From contig VXNX01000013.1 in assembly GCA_009840385.1 (NCBI GenBank), forward strand, positions 84,723-148,722: a stretch of DNA of 64,000 bases. Direction: 5' to 3'. Within the stretch, counting starts at the first letter, position 1, and each line of letters opens with the position of its first letter. This document shows, one piece after another, positions 1 through 8,946 of this stretch. Position numbers and translations under genes: made by a program. The notes beneath the pieces are model-generated. The model was given only the letters and a program-made list of their open reading frames with translations, made no database searches and was not told the DNA's origin. The stretch is from Candidatus Dadabacteria bacterium (GTDB taxonomy: Bacteria; Desulfobacterota_D; UBA1144; Nemesobacterales; Nemesobacteraceae).

Positions 1-4
1 TAAG

Positions 5-403
5 TTGATCGTTCCCAATCGGATGGAAGAAATCCGAACGATCACAGCGGCGCTGGAGGAATTTTTTGAACAGCAGGGTCTCCCCCCTGAAGCATTGTTT
101 AACACGCAGCTCTCCTTAGAGGAAATCTTCACTAACGTGGCAAGCTATGCGCATGATGATGATCAGGAACATGAAGTGGAAATCATACTTTCTAGAGAAG
201 GTGAAACCATAACTGTTGAGATACTGGATGACGGATCCCCCTTTAATCCGCTAGAAGACGCACCGGAGCTTGATGTCGAAAGTTCGCTTGAAGACCGCGG
301 TATTGGTGGAGCGGGAATAATGCTGGCGAAGCAACTGATGACAGAGTTGCGCTATCGACGCAACAGTGATCGTAATCATCTGACTATGATCAAGAAAATT
401 TAG
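5..403 (+). CDS. Anti-sigma regulatory factor-like Ser/Thr kinase (HATPase_c_2, RsbW/SpoIIAB-like)
   Basis: 132 aa. It has the N-terminal helical region, then EVEIIL..ITVEILDDGSPFNP and a G-rich lid (RGIGGAGIMLA) typical of RsbW-like kinases. TTG start at the window edge. Confidence 0.7.
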   Translation: MIVPNRMEEIRTITAALEEFFEQQGLPPEALFNTQLSLEEIFTNVASYAHDDDQEHEVEIILSREGETITVEILDDGSPFNPLEDAPELDVESSLEDRGIGGAGIMLAKQLMTELRYRRNSDRNHLTMIKKI

Positions 404-413
404 CAAAGATAAA

Positions 414-1613
414 ATGCGGTTATTAAGCAGACTGTCTCTCAAAAAAGTGGTTACCGCCTCAATAGTTGCAATACTGGCAACCGCAGCATCAGGGGAAGCC
501 CAACAGCAAACACACGCTGTGCCGGGCGTATACAGTGACCGTATTGTCTTTGGGCAGTCAGCTGCCTTCAGCGGCCCGGCCGGCAAACTTGGTAAAGGCA
601 TGCAAACCGGCATTCTTTCCGCGTTTAAAGAGGTTAATGACCGGGGTGGCGTTAACGGACGTCGTCTGGAACTGCAATCAATGGATGACGCATACGAACC
701 GGAAGCGGCAATTGTAAATACGCGACGACTGATTGGTGAAAATGTTTTCGCACTCATCGGCGCAGTTGGCACTCCTACATCCAAAGCTGCGGTACCCGTC
801 GCGGAGGAACACGATGTACCTTACATAGCACCTATGACCGGTGCGGAATTCCTGCGTGACAGCGCACGCCGGACAGTGATCAATCTTCGGGCTTCGTATT
901 ATCAGGAAACCGAGGAGATGGTAGAACGATTGACGACCGATCTCGGAATTAATCGCATTGCCATTCTCCATCAGGATGACTCATTCGGTCGTGCCGGTTT
1001 GAATGGGGTCCTTCTTGCCCTTGAGCGTCGCAAGCTTTCTGCTATCGGAACGGGGATATTTCCTCGCAATACTGTCGCGATAAAGACGGCCCTTCTTGAT
1101 CTGCACGCTACCGGACCGGAAGCTGTGATTATTATTGGTCCCTACAAGCCAACCGCGACATTTATTAAGTGGGCGCGCCACATCGGTATGAACTCCATTT
1201 TTATGACACTTTCTTTCGTAGGCAGTAGTGCCTTGGCAAGCGAACTGGGTGATCAAGGGGCCGGAGTTCTGGTTACCCAGGTGGTTCCTTTTCCAACCGG
1301 AAACACGGTGCCTGCTTCCGCTTCCTATCGTGCTGCGCTCAAGGCGTACGACCCGGCGGCAAAACCCGGATTTCTATCGTATGAAGGATATTTAGCAGGG
1401 CGTTTGGCTATCTATGTGGTAGATAATTGCGGCAACCGGGTTAACCGCGGTTGCATCGACGCGGTGCTGCGGACCGGCAACAACATTAATTTGGATGGCT
1501 TCACCTTGCGATATAGCAAGAATGATAATCAAGGTTCAGACAGCGTGTTTTTGACGATTATTGGTCCTGATGGCCAGTATACGCCACTCACGTCTCTAAC
1601 ACGACGATACTGA
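414..1613 (+). CDS. Periplasmic type-I solute-binding protein (Leu/Ile/Val-binding family, Peripla_BP_6-like)
   Basis: Signal peptide (MRLLSRLSLKKVVTASIVAILATAASGEA), ~400 aa, and LivK-like blocks (FGQSAAFSGPA, ALIGAVGTP). Sits immediately upstream of the sensor kinase. Confidence 0.8.
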   Translation: MRLLSRLSLKKVVTASIVAILATAASGEAQQQTHAVPGVYSDRIVFGQSAAFSGPAGKLGKGMQTGILSAFKEVNDRGGVNGRRLELQSMDDAYEPEAAIVNTRRLIGENVFALIGAVGTPTSKAAVPVAEEHDVPYIAPMTGAEFLRDSARRTVINLRASYYQETEEMVERLTTDLGINRIAILHQDDSFGRAGLNGVLLALERRKLSAIGTGIFPRNTVAIKTALLDLHATGPEAVIIIGPYKPTATFIKWARHIGMNSIFMTLSFVGSSALASELGDQGAGVLVTQVVPFPTGNTVPASASYRAALKAYDPAAKPGFLSYEGYLAGRLAIYVVDNCGNRVNRGCIDAVLRTGNNINLDGFTLRYSKNDNQGSDSVFLTIIGPDGQYTPLTSLTRRY

Positions 1614-1658
1614 CCGACGTTTTGCATAGGCAAAAGACGTTGAATTGAGATAAGCGAA

Positions 1659-3881
1659 ATGTTTTCAAAGCTTTGGAACCGAATTTCTACGCAAATTTCT
1701 ACGCAACTTTATATAAGTTACGCAGGTGCTGTAGTACTCATCATCATCGTCAGCTTGATGGCTCTTTCCTTCCTTAACCAAATCGGCAAAGTTCAGCAGA
1801 ACGTTAATGAAAAGAATATACCCGAGATGACATCGGCGTTTGCAATTGCCCAGCAGACAGCCATGCTCGTCGCCGCTGCTCCCCGACTCACCGCGAGCAC
1901 GCCTGAGCAGTTCAGGACCGTTGTCGGGACGGTCGACCTGCAGGCGGATGCATTTAAAACACAACTCTCGACAATGATGGAAAATCAAGGAGAAAGCGAA
2001 CAAGCGCGGCAGATTCAATCTGACGGGGTCGCCATAATCCAGAACATTGAGCGGATCAAGCTGCTTGTCAGGGAACGCTTTGAACTTCGCGAGAGCAGTC
2101 TCAATCTTAGAGACGAGCTCCGGGGTATCCAAAGTAAAATAACGCCGATTATGATTAACGAAATCGACGATCAGATGTTCTATTTAATGACCGGACACCG
2201 GTCTCTTGATGCAGTACAATCTCCCCGCTCGGTTCATTTCTCCGAACCGGAATTCCTGATCTATCGTCGCCTGTTTGAACTCCGCGAAGCGGCTGTAGTC
2301 GCTTCGCAGTTGCTCGCAACCGCGTTTGTAGTGACCGATGCGGCCATGCTGCAGCCATTGCGAGAACGGTTTGAAGCCGCAGCCGGTAGCACCAGCCGAT
2401 CGCTTGATGCGCTTGAGAAATACGAACAGGGGGGAGGCGACCTTCATGACCAGCTGTCTGGGATTTTCGAAGACCTGGTCTCATTCGGCAGAAGGGAAAA
2501 CAACGGATTTGACCTGCGCAGTCGGGAACTTGCAGTTGACGATGAATTATCCGCCCTGCTTCTCGAGAATCAAGCTTTGGGAATTGACATCGTAGCGCGA
2601 GTAGAAAGCGTTGTAAACGATTCAAGCATGACTGCAGGGGAGATGGCGAGCAAAGCGGCGGCGGTAACTGCCACCAGCACGAAGGTACTACTGGTTTTCA
2701 ATATTGTTGCTATAAGTGGTGGAATCTTGTGGGGATGGATACTTGTACATCGTCGTCTGATTCGGCGTCTGGAGAGAATATCGAATCAAATGCAAGAAAT
2801 GGCTGATGGCAACCTGGAAATAGCCGTCGACACTAGAGGTAATGACGAAATCGCGCAATTAGCCAAGGCGCTTGAGGTGTTCCGATATAACGCACTGGAA
2901 GTACAACGCCTTAATCTTGTAGAGACGCTCGCCAACCAGCTGCAAGAAAAAAACGAAGAACTGGCACATACTAACGAAGAGTTGAAACGGGCGCAGGACC
3001 AGATCGTGATGCGAGAGAAACTTGCTGCGCTTGGCCAGTTGACAGCCGGGGTCGCACACGAAATCAAAAATCCAATGAACTTCATCATGAACTTCTCGGA
3101 GGTTTCACAAGAGCTGCTGGAAGAACTTCTGGAGGAAGTGGCCAAAATGGAGGCTAACGGGGACGCGAAAGAGGAATACGATCCGGAGTTAGTCGAGGAA
3201 GTAGCCGAGGATTTGACAGGAAATTTGAAACGCATTCACGAGCACGGAACTCGTGCGAACCGAATTATAACAGACATGCTCAAGATGGGCCGTGGTGGCG
3301 GGGAATGGCAACCGACTGACCTCAACATATTGCTTAACGACCATGCGCTGCTCGCGTTCCACAGCGCTCGCGCTGCCGACCCTGACTTCCAGCTAGAAAT
3401 CCAGGAAGACTACTCGCCGGATATAGGCGAGATCACGGTGCAACCGCAGGACATCGGCCGGGTTTTCCTAAATCTGGTAACTAATGCTTGCTATGCCGCG
3501 GACGAAAAACGAAAAATGCTGGCAGCCGACAATGCGTCGAAGAAAGATTATCAGCCGACGCTTAAATTGAGTACGCGGCTCGTTGATGACCGTATTGAGG
3601 TACATGTTCGTGACAATGGAACCGGTATTCCCGAATCCGCATTGGAACGTATCTTCAACCCGTTCTATACAACGAAGCCCACGGATCAAGGGACAGGCTT
3701 GGGATTATCGCTGTCCAACGACATAGTACGACAGCACGGCGGTGAGTTTCGCGTAGAAACGGAGGAAGGAGAATACACAGATATGATTGTCGTCTTGCCG
3801 CTTGACCCTGTAGCTCATCAGGTAATTGATACTTCAGAAGAAACCGCAGAAGGCGAGGACTCGGCAACTGCCTCTTCGTGA
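1659..3881 (+). CDS. Membrane sensor histidine kinase (two TM segments, periplasmic/helical sensor, HAMP, HisKA, HATPase)
   Basis: H-box GVAHEIKNPMN, N-box FLNLVTNACYA, G1 VRDNGTGIP, G2 GTGLGLSLS. A HAMP-like segment follows the second TM. No receiver domain. Confidence 0.9.
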   Translation: MFSKLWNRISTQISTQLYISYAGAVVLIIIVSLMALSFLNQIGKVQQNVNEKNIPEMTSAFAIAQQTAMLVAAAPRLTASTPEQFRTVVGTVDLQADAFKTQLSTMMENQGESEQARQIQSDGVAIIQNIERIKLLVRERFELRESSLNLRDELRGIQSKITPIMINEIDDQMFYLMTGHRSLDAVQSPRSVHFSEPEFLIYRRLFELREAAVVASQLLATAFVVTDAAMLQPLRERFEAAAGSTSRSLDALEKYEQGGGDLHDQLSGIFEDLVSFGRRENNGFDLRSRELAVDDELSALLLENQALGIDIVARVESVVNDSSMTAGEMASKAAAVTATSTKVLLVFNIVAISGGILWGWILVHRRLIRRLERISNQMQEMADGNLEIAVDTRGNDEIAQLAKALEVFRYNALEVQRLNLVETLANQLQEKNEELAHTNEELKRAQDQIVMREKLAALGQLTAGVAHEIKNPMNFIMNFSEVSQELLEELLEEVAKMEANGDAKEEYDPELVEEVAEDLTGNLKRIHEHGTRANRIITDMLKMGRGGGEWQPTDLNILLNDHALLAFHSARAADPDFQLEIQEDYSPDIGEITVQPQDIGRVFLNLVTNACYAADEKRKMLAADNASKKDYQPTLKLSTRLVDDRIEVHVRDNGTGIPESALERIFNPFYTTKPTDQGTGLGLSLSNDIVRQHGGEFRVETEEGEYTDMIVVLPLDPVAHQVIDTSEETAEGEDSATASS

Positions 3882-3887
3882 CGCGTT

Positions 3888-4247
3888 TTAACCCGTTGTT
3901 GCAGCTATAGCGTCAGAACGAGATTTGAGCACATCAATGATTTTATCAAAACCTGCGATCTCGAAGATTTCCCTTATGGGACCAGGCAAGGAACACAGCA
4001 TGAATCTCGTATTTCTACTTTGCAATGTTTTTGCAATAAGCAGAATTGAACGCAATCCCGCACTGCTGATGTAGGACAGCTTTTCAAGATCCAGAACTAC
4101 GGGATTGTCAGAACCACCTATTTCCTTGTCCAGGTTCTCGTGGAATTCCTGTGCGTTCAGACCATCAATTCGACCAGCTACGGTTATTATCAAGACACCT
4201 TCGACCTGATCGGACTGCAATTCAAGTTGATTGTTTTGACTAGCCAT
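3888..4247 (-). CDS. STAS-domain anti-sigma-factor antagonist (SpoIIAA/RsbV-like)
   Basis: 119 aa. VLDLEKLSYISSAGLRSIL contains the conserved phosphorylatable Ser context, and the C-terminal part (FEIAGFDKIIDV) also fits this family. Confidence 0.85.
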   Translation of the reverse strand: MASQNNQLELQSDQVEGVLIITVAGRIDGLNAQEFHENLDKEIGGSDNPVVLDLEKLSYISSAGLRSILLIAKTLQSRNTRFMLCSLPGPIREIFEIAGFDKIIDVLKSRSDAIAATTG

Positions 4248-4422
4248 TTTTCAATCGTAGTAACTTATCTAACTATAAAGCGATAATCAAGATAGGATTT
4301 GCATGTCCAAACAAAAGAGACAATACCGGGATATTCCAAGGGATGCAACCCCGGGAATCCGGGGTTGCGCAGGTGCCGGGGACTTGTTACCCTTTATCAA
4401 GCTTGTTTGTCAAGCTACAATC

Positions 4423-4887
4423 ATGGGAAAAAATCTTGAGATAGGGAACCAGGCCCCTGATTTTGAAACCGAAACCTACGGAGCGGAGAAAGTAAGGCTA
4501 AGCGACTTTTATTCTAAAGGAACCGTAGCGCTTTACTTTTATCCTAAGGACAACACTACGGGCTGTATTAATGAGGCTTGCTCGCTTCGCAATGCGGAGG
4601 AGGAACTTGCGTCTCTTGGAGTACAGGTCTTGGGGGTAAGCACAGACGGGGTGAAGTCCCATGAGAAGTTCAGAGACAAGTTTTCACTCAATTTCCCGTT
4701 ATTGAGCGACAGGAGCAGGAAGATAGTGGCTCTTTACGGGGTAAGGTGGAAGTTCTTCCCCTTCGTTGCTCGCAGGACTACCTTCCTTATAGAAAAAGGC
4801 GGCAGGATAGCGTATATTTGGAACAAAGTTAAATCCTCGTCCCATGCCGAAGAGATACTCAGCAAGGTAAAAGAACTAGGTCTTTGA
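4423..4887 (+). CDS. bcp: Thiol peroxidase / peroxiredoxin Bcp (PrxQ)
   Basis: APDF near the N-terminus and YFYPKDNTTGCINEAC (the Cys-x4-Cys Bcp motif). I chose the internal ATG at 4423 over the ORF-track start at 4303 because homologues start near MGKNLEIGNQAPDF. Confidence 0.8.
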   Translation: MGKNLEIGNQAPDFETETYGAEKVRLSDFYSKGTVALYFYPKDNTTGCINEACSLRNAEEELASLGVQVLGVSTDGVKSHEKFRDKFSLNFPLLSDRSRKIVALYGVRWKFFPFVARRTTFLIEKGGRIAYIWNKVKSSSHAEEILSKVKELGL

Positions 4888-4937
4888 ACGGTGAACAAAG
4901 TATGAGGAAATGCCAGATCTGAAACCTACACATATTG

Positions 4938-4943
4938 TATAAT
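4938..4943 (+). promoter_or_regulatory. Candidate extended -10 element (TGTATAATTCGG) for the RND gene
   Basis: TATAAT at 4938-4943 preceded by TG. The ATG at 4957 is only 13 nt downstream and there is no Shine-Dalgarno sequence. Confidence 0.4.
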
Positions 4944-4956
4944 TCGGCACGATCTT

Positions 4957-7287
4957 ATGAACTTGGAATCCTACATCTCAACAATTCTCGCCCGCCGCTG
5001 GCTGACCATTCTGCTCTCTTTGCTTGTTATGCTGGTCCTTGCCGCGGGAGCCACGCGCTTGATTGTGGTGGACGTAGACTTCCGCAACCACTTTAGTAAA
5101 TCCGACCCACACCTCGTTGCACTCGAACAGCTTGAAGAGACATATGCACTGTCCGATGTCGTATTGGTTGCCATAGCACCGCATGACGGCACCATTTTTA
5201 CACGGGAAACGCTTGTTGCCATTGAAGAGATGACCAAGCAGCTTTGGCGCACCCCGTACGCCACCCGCGTCGATTCTATTTCAAACTATACGCATAGCGA
5301 GGGGTTTGAAGACGAGCTGGTTGTTGAGCAGCTTATAGACGAAGCCAGTTCCCTGAGCGATACCGATATACAACGAATCATGGATATCGCGCTCGGCACT
5401 GAGGAAGTTGCCGGGCGATTCGTCTCCCGTGACGGACGAGTTGCAGGTCTGGTTGTCAGTATTATTCTTCCTGACGACAATAGGGAATTGGCCAAGCGAG
5501 AGGTTACTGACTACCTGTATGAAACTGTTGCCGACGCCGGGGAGAAATATACATCCATCGACTACCACCTTTTAGGTGGACTCATCCTCAATCGTGTCAT
5601 AGGTGACGCGCTTGATGATGAAACGGCCATCCTCGGGCCCATTGCTCTTGGAACCATGCTGCTTGTCGCCTTGGTTCTGATACGTTCGATATGGGGGACA
5701 CTTGCCATTGTGCTGATGATTGCTACCGTCATCCCATCCGCGCTGGGCTTTGCCGGGTGGACAGGCTTAAGACTGTTTGGTGAAAGCGGTGCCGCAATGT
5801 TCGTGCTGATGGCCGTGACCGTCGCTCACTCCGTGCACATTATTGAGGCAATGGCCGGGGGCTTACGCCAGGGCATGACGAGAACAGAAGCGGCAATCTA
5901 TGCCGTGCGAGTGGACGTGTGGCCTATTTTCCTTACCTCGTTCACAACCGCAATCGGATTTCTGAGCCTGAATTTCGTAGATATGCCACCGTTTAAGGTC
6001 ATGGGTAACATCGTGGCGTTCGGTTCCATGTGCGCTTTCGTCTTTTCGGTGACTCTGTTGCCCGCATTCCTGTCACTATTACCTATTCGTCCCCGGAAGC
6101 TGCGCGAAGACAAACAGGATTTTTTCGATCGTCTCAGCCGTTTTGTCATCTCCTATCGTACGATCCTTCTGTGCTTCTTTGGCATTGTGACTGTCTTTCT
6201 GGTTGCAGGCATTTCCAAGATTGAGCTTAGGGAGAACTGGCTTGAGGTTCTTGACGAGAGTTACGAGTTCCGGCGATCCGCGGATTTTCTGAGCGAGAAT
6301 TTCCCTGGCGTGGAAACCTATGAGTACTCTCTCGATTCCGGCCGTGAAGGCGCCGTCACGGATATAGAATACCTAAAACAGGTTGAGTCGTTTGCGGATT
6401 GGTACCGGGAGCAACCGGAATTTGTCCATATCTTCTCAATTGCCGATATCATGAAGCGTCTTAACAAGAACCTGCATGGTGATGACCCGGATTACTACGC
6501 CCTTCCCGACGATCCTGACCTTGCTGCGCAGTACCTTTTGCTTTACGAATTCTCTCTTCCGGTAGGCCGCGATCTGAACAACCTGATCGACCATGACCGG
6601 AGGGCAACACGCGCAACGGTCTCAGTGAAGAGTATGTCCAGCAAGGAAAAGATCGATCTTGACGATCGTTCACGTGCGTGGCTGCGGCAAAATGCCCCCG
6701 GCATGGAAACCGGCGCTACAGGAATTTCGATTGTGGGGTCTCATTCGATTCAGAGGAACATTGAAAATATGTTGCAGGGCACTTTTGTGGCGATGGCCAT
6801 CGTCTCCCTGCTGCTGTTCGCCATATTCAGAAGCATACGCCTGGGACTGGTCAGTTTGATCCCCAATTTCCTTCCGGCCGCTATGGCCATGGGACTGTGG
6901 GGGTATTTGGTGGGAGAGGTAGGAGTTCCAGCGGCGGTCGTCACCGCTATAGCATTCGGCATCATCGTGGATGACACCATCCACTTCATGACAAAATATA
7001 CGGATAGCAGAAAAGCAGGGAAATTGCCTTCGGAGTCCGTTCAAATTGCCTTTCGCTTGGTGGGCAGGGCACTGTTTACAACTACCGTAGTGTTTGGTCT
7101 GGGCTTCATGGTGTTCGGAGCATCCGGGGTGGTGGGAAACCAAGTGCTTGGTCTTTTGGTAGGAATAACGGTAATTATTGCTCTACTGGCAGATTTCTTC
7201 TTTCTTCCGCCGCTTCTGATGCTACTTGACGAGACCAAGGAAACCACCGAGGAGATTAGGGAGAGATTGAGACGCTCAACCGCATAG
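4957..7287 (+). CDS. RND-superfamily exporter (MMPL/HpnN-like, COG1033-type, two 6-TM bundles)
   Basis: 776 aa. N-terminal TM, large periplasmic loop, 5-TM bundle, second loop, second bundle. This architecture and sequence style match HpnN/MMPL lipid exporters. Confidence 0.8.
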   Translation: MNLESYISTILARRWLTILLSLLVMLVLAAGATRLIVVDVDFRNHFSKSDPHLVALEQLEETYALSDVVLVAIAPHDGTIFTRETLVAIEEMTKQLWRTPYATRVDSISNYTHSEGFEDELVVEQLIDEASSLSDTDIQRIMDIALGTEEVAGRFVSRDGRVAGLVVSIILPDDNRELAKREVTDYLYETVADAGEKYTSIDYHLLGGLILNRVIGDALDDETAILGPIALGTMLLVALVLIRSIWGTLAIVLMIATVIPSALGFAGWTGLRLFGESGAAMFVLMAVTVAHSVHIIEAMAGGLRQGMTRTEAAIYAVRVDVWPIFLTSFTTAIGFLSLNFVDMPPFKVMGNIVAFGSMCAFVFSVTLLPAFLSLLPIRPRKLREDKQDFFDRLSRFVISYRTILLCFFGIVTVFLVAGISKIELRENWLEVLDESYEFRRSADFLSENFPGVETYEYSLDSGREGAVTDIEYLKQVESFADWYREQPEFVHIFSIADIMKRLNKNLHGDDPDYYALPDDPDLAAQYLLLYEFSLPVGRDLNNLIDHDRRATRATVSVKSMSSKEKIDLDDRSRAWLRQNAPGMETGATGISIVGSHSIQRNIENMLQGTFVAMAIVSLLLFAIFRSIRLGLVSLIPNFLPAAMAMGLWGYLVGEVGVPAAVVTAIAFGIIVDDTIHFMTKYTDSRKAGKLPSESVQIAFRLVGRALFTTTVVFGLGFMVFGASGVVGNQVLGLLVGITVIIALLADFFFLPPLLMLLDETKETTEEIRERLRRSTA

Positions 7288-7363
7288 ATCGCGAAGATTC
7301 CACTGTGCGGTATGGAAAAGCTGAATAGTATGCCGAAATCGGCATAAACGTCTCCACATACCT

Positions 7364-8407
7364 CTACGGATTATAATACTGACCATCCGGATAGAACTGC
7401 CTGCAGTAGCGCCGATACTTCCCGATATCGCCGTCAACGCTGCAAAGCCTTGGAAGTGACCGATGTTTTAGATTGCTCCAGATGACGACATCCTGCATGA
7501 CGTCATGCTCCTGGGAAGCAATGAGGACCTTGTTCATGAGGCGGGTCCTGAGTCCCAGGGGAAGGAGCCGCAGCCCGTGGCCCACTCCCTTCAGATTACG
7601 AAGTTGTCGCACTTGGCTCACCAACGTCAATTCAATAATTTTGCCATCAATCGGTGTTGCAAGCACCCACAGGCGGGTGTCCATATTGATCGAATGTTCG
7701 TGAACCTCGACAATTGAATAGCCAAGCCCGTGTATACTGGCGACCGCAGAAACGTCGTACTCGAAAAGCTTGATGCCAGCAACTGTAAGGTTACGTTTGA
7801 AGTTAAAGGAGTTCCTGAGGAAGGTGCCGTCAATCGATACCGAACCGACAATGTTCACACTGTTGTAGTGGTGCACATAGTTAAGGTGTGCAACATCCAC
7901 GGAGTTCTCGGTAGTTTCCTGGGGATGTCCCGGGAAACGGAGGTGGCAGAATTCCATCCCGCTCCAGTCGGTATCCGTTGTGGAGATTTCGGGCAGGTGC
8001 CATAGAGGTTCTCGACCGCCGCTGCCCCACCAACCAAAAATGAGACCCTCTATCTCTCGTGTCTCGAACACCTTCAGCTTGGCGGTTTTTGGCGGAGGAG
8101 CGAAGGGTGTCGCCACGCATTGACCGCTCACGTCAAACTCGAAACCGTGAAAAGGACATACGAGGCAACCGTTGCGCACCCGCCCCCCTGCCTCAGGGCC
8201 AAGATCGGCTCCAAGATGCGGACAGACCGCCTCAGCAACACAAACGTTCCCTTCCCCGTTGCACCAGACAACAATCTGTTCTCCAAGCCAAGTTCTCTTT
8301 AAGAGTCCCTTTTTTTCAATCGTCTTGCGGCTGGCAACAAAATACCAGCCTTCCGGAAATGGGTAAAGCAAGGCTTCATCCTTGCGCACGTTTGAGTTTG
8401 GATTCAT
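7364..8407 (-). CDS. Rieske [2Fe-2S] non-heme-iron oxygenase, alpha-subunit type (KshA/Neverland/SdmA-like)
   Basis: CPHLGADL...CPFHGFEF Rieske ligands, plus the mononuclear-Fe motif ENSVDVAHLNYVHH (E-x3-D-x2-H-x4-H). Confidence 0.85.
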   Translation of the reverse strand: MNPNSNVRKDEALLYPFPEGWYFVASRKTIEKKGLLKRTWLGEQIVVWCNGEGNVCVAEAVCPHLGADLGPEAGGRVRNGCLVCPFHGFEFDVSGQCVATPFAPPPKTAKLKVFETREIEGLIFGWWGSGGREPLWHLPEISTTDTDWSGMEFCHLRFPGHPQETTENSVDVAHLNYVHHYNSVNIVGSVSIDGTFLRNSFNFKRNLTVAGIKLFEYDVSAVASIHGLGYSIVEVHEHSINMDTRLWVLATPIDGKIIELTLVSQVRQLRNLKGVGHGLRLLPLGLRTRLMNKVLIASQEHDVMQDVVIWSNLKHRSLPRLCSVDGDIGKYRRYCRQFYPDGQYYNP

Positions 8408-8444
8408 TTGCTGTTATTCCGCTTATCCAGCGTTAAGTACCAGA

Positions 8445-8458
8445 AATGCATTTGCATT
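8445..8458. promoter_or_regulatory. Operator-like inverted repeat AATGCA-TT-TGCATT
   Basis: Perfect 6-bp arms with a 2-nt spacer. Lies between the -10-like motif (8466-8478) and the Rieske start codon (8407). Confidence 0.3.
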
Positions 8459-8465
8459 AGCTTCA

Positions 8466-8478
8466 GGGAATTATATAT
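8466..8478 (-). promoter_or_regulatory. Promoter-like motif (minus strand reads ATATATAATTCCC) upstream of the Rieske gene
   Basis: Canonical TATAAT followed by TCCC, ~60 nt upstream of the ATG at 8407. The same motif recurs at 13534, 32384, 41417 and 20281. Confidence 0.45.
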
Positions 8479-8763
8479 CTAAACCGAAAAAGTGTAAATT
8501 CTGCTTTTTCTCGTTTGTGGGGGGAATAATAATAAGCGTTTTGCTTGCCTTTTGTTTCTAGATCAATGCACAGCTAGCCTGTTCTCTTAACATAAACTCA
8601 TAACTTGTCCTTATGAAATATTTTGGTTGCAGACAAAATGGCATCCGTCTAGCCAAGTTGATCTTGAAATTGCATCTTTCATTAAATACTATACTAGTGC
8701 TGGTGGCGACCGGCTCGTTCCACAGGACTCTTTATGAGGCAGATGCCTTTGCTTCCGTGAACT

Positions 8764-8877
8764 ATGGAAAACCTTAGATACATAATCGCTTACCTGTTGG
8801 GCTTTGTGGCTATTGCTCTTGTGGCAATTCTGATAGTAGTCGGCGGTGTTACTCTAGTTCGCTGGATTTTTGGGTAA
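8764..8877 (+). CDS. Possible 37-aa single-TM small protein (MENLRYIIAYLLGFVAIALVAILIVVGGVTLVRWIFG)
   Basis: Found by reading the sequence; it is below the ORF-track cutoff. Strongly hydrophobic core. It ends 70 nt upstream of the SMT-like gene. No clear SD. Confidence 0.25.
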   Translation: MENLRYIIAYLLGFVAIALVAILIVVGGVTLVRWIFG

Positions 8878-8946
8878 TTAAAGGGTTAAGCCCATAACCA
8901 CTTATTGCGAAAAATAATTCCATAAATTTTATAGGGGAAACCTGCT

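Noticed and set aside
1682-1705. Perfect 12-nt tandem duplication (AATTTCTACGCA x2) in the kinase 5' end
   Set aside because: It is in-frame (ISTQISTQ) in the cytoplasmic N-terminal tail. It is most likely a trivial slippage duplication with no regulatory meaning.
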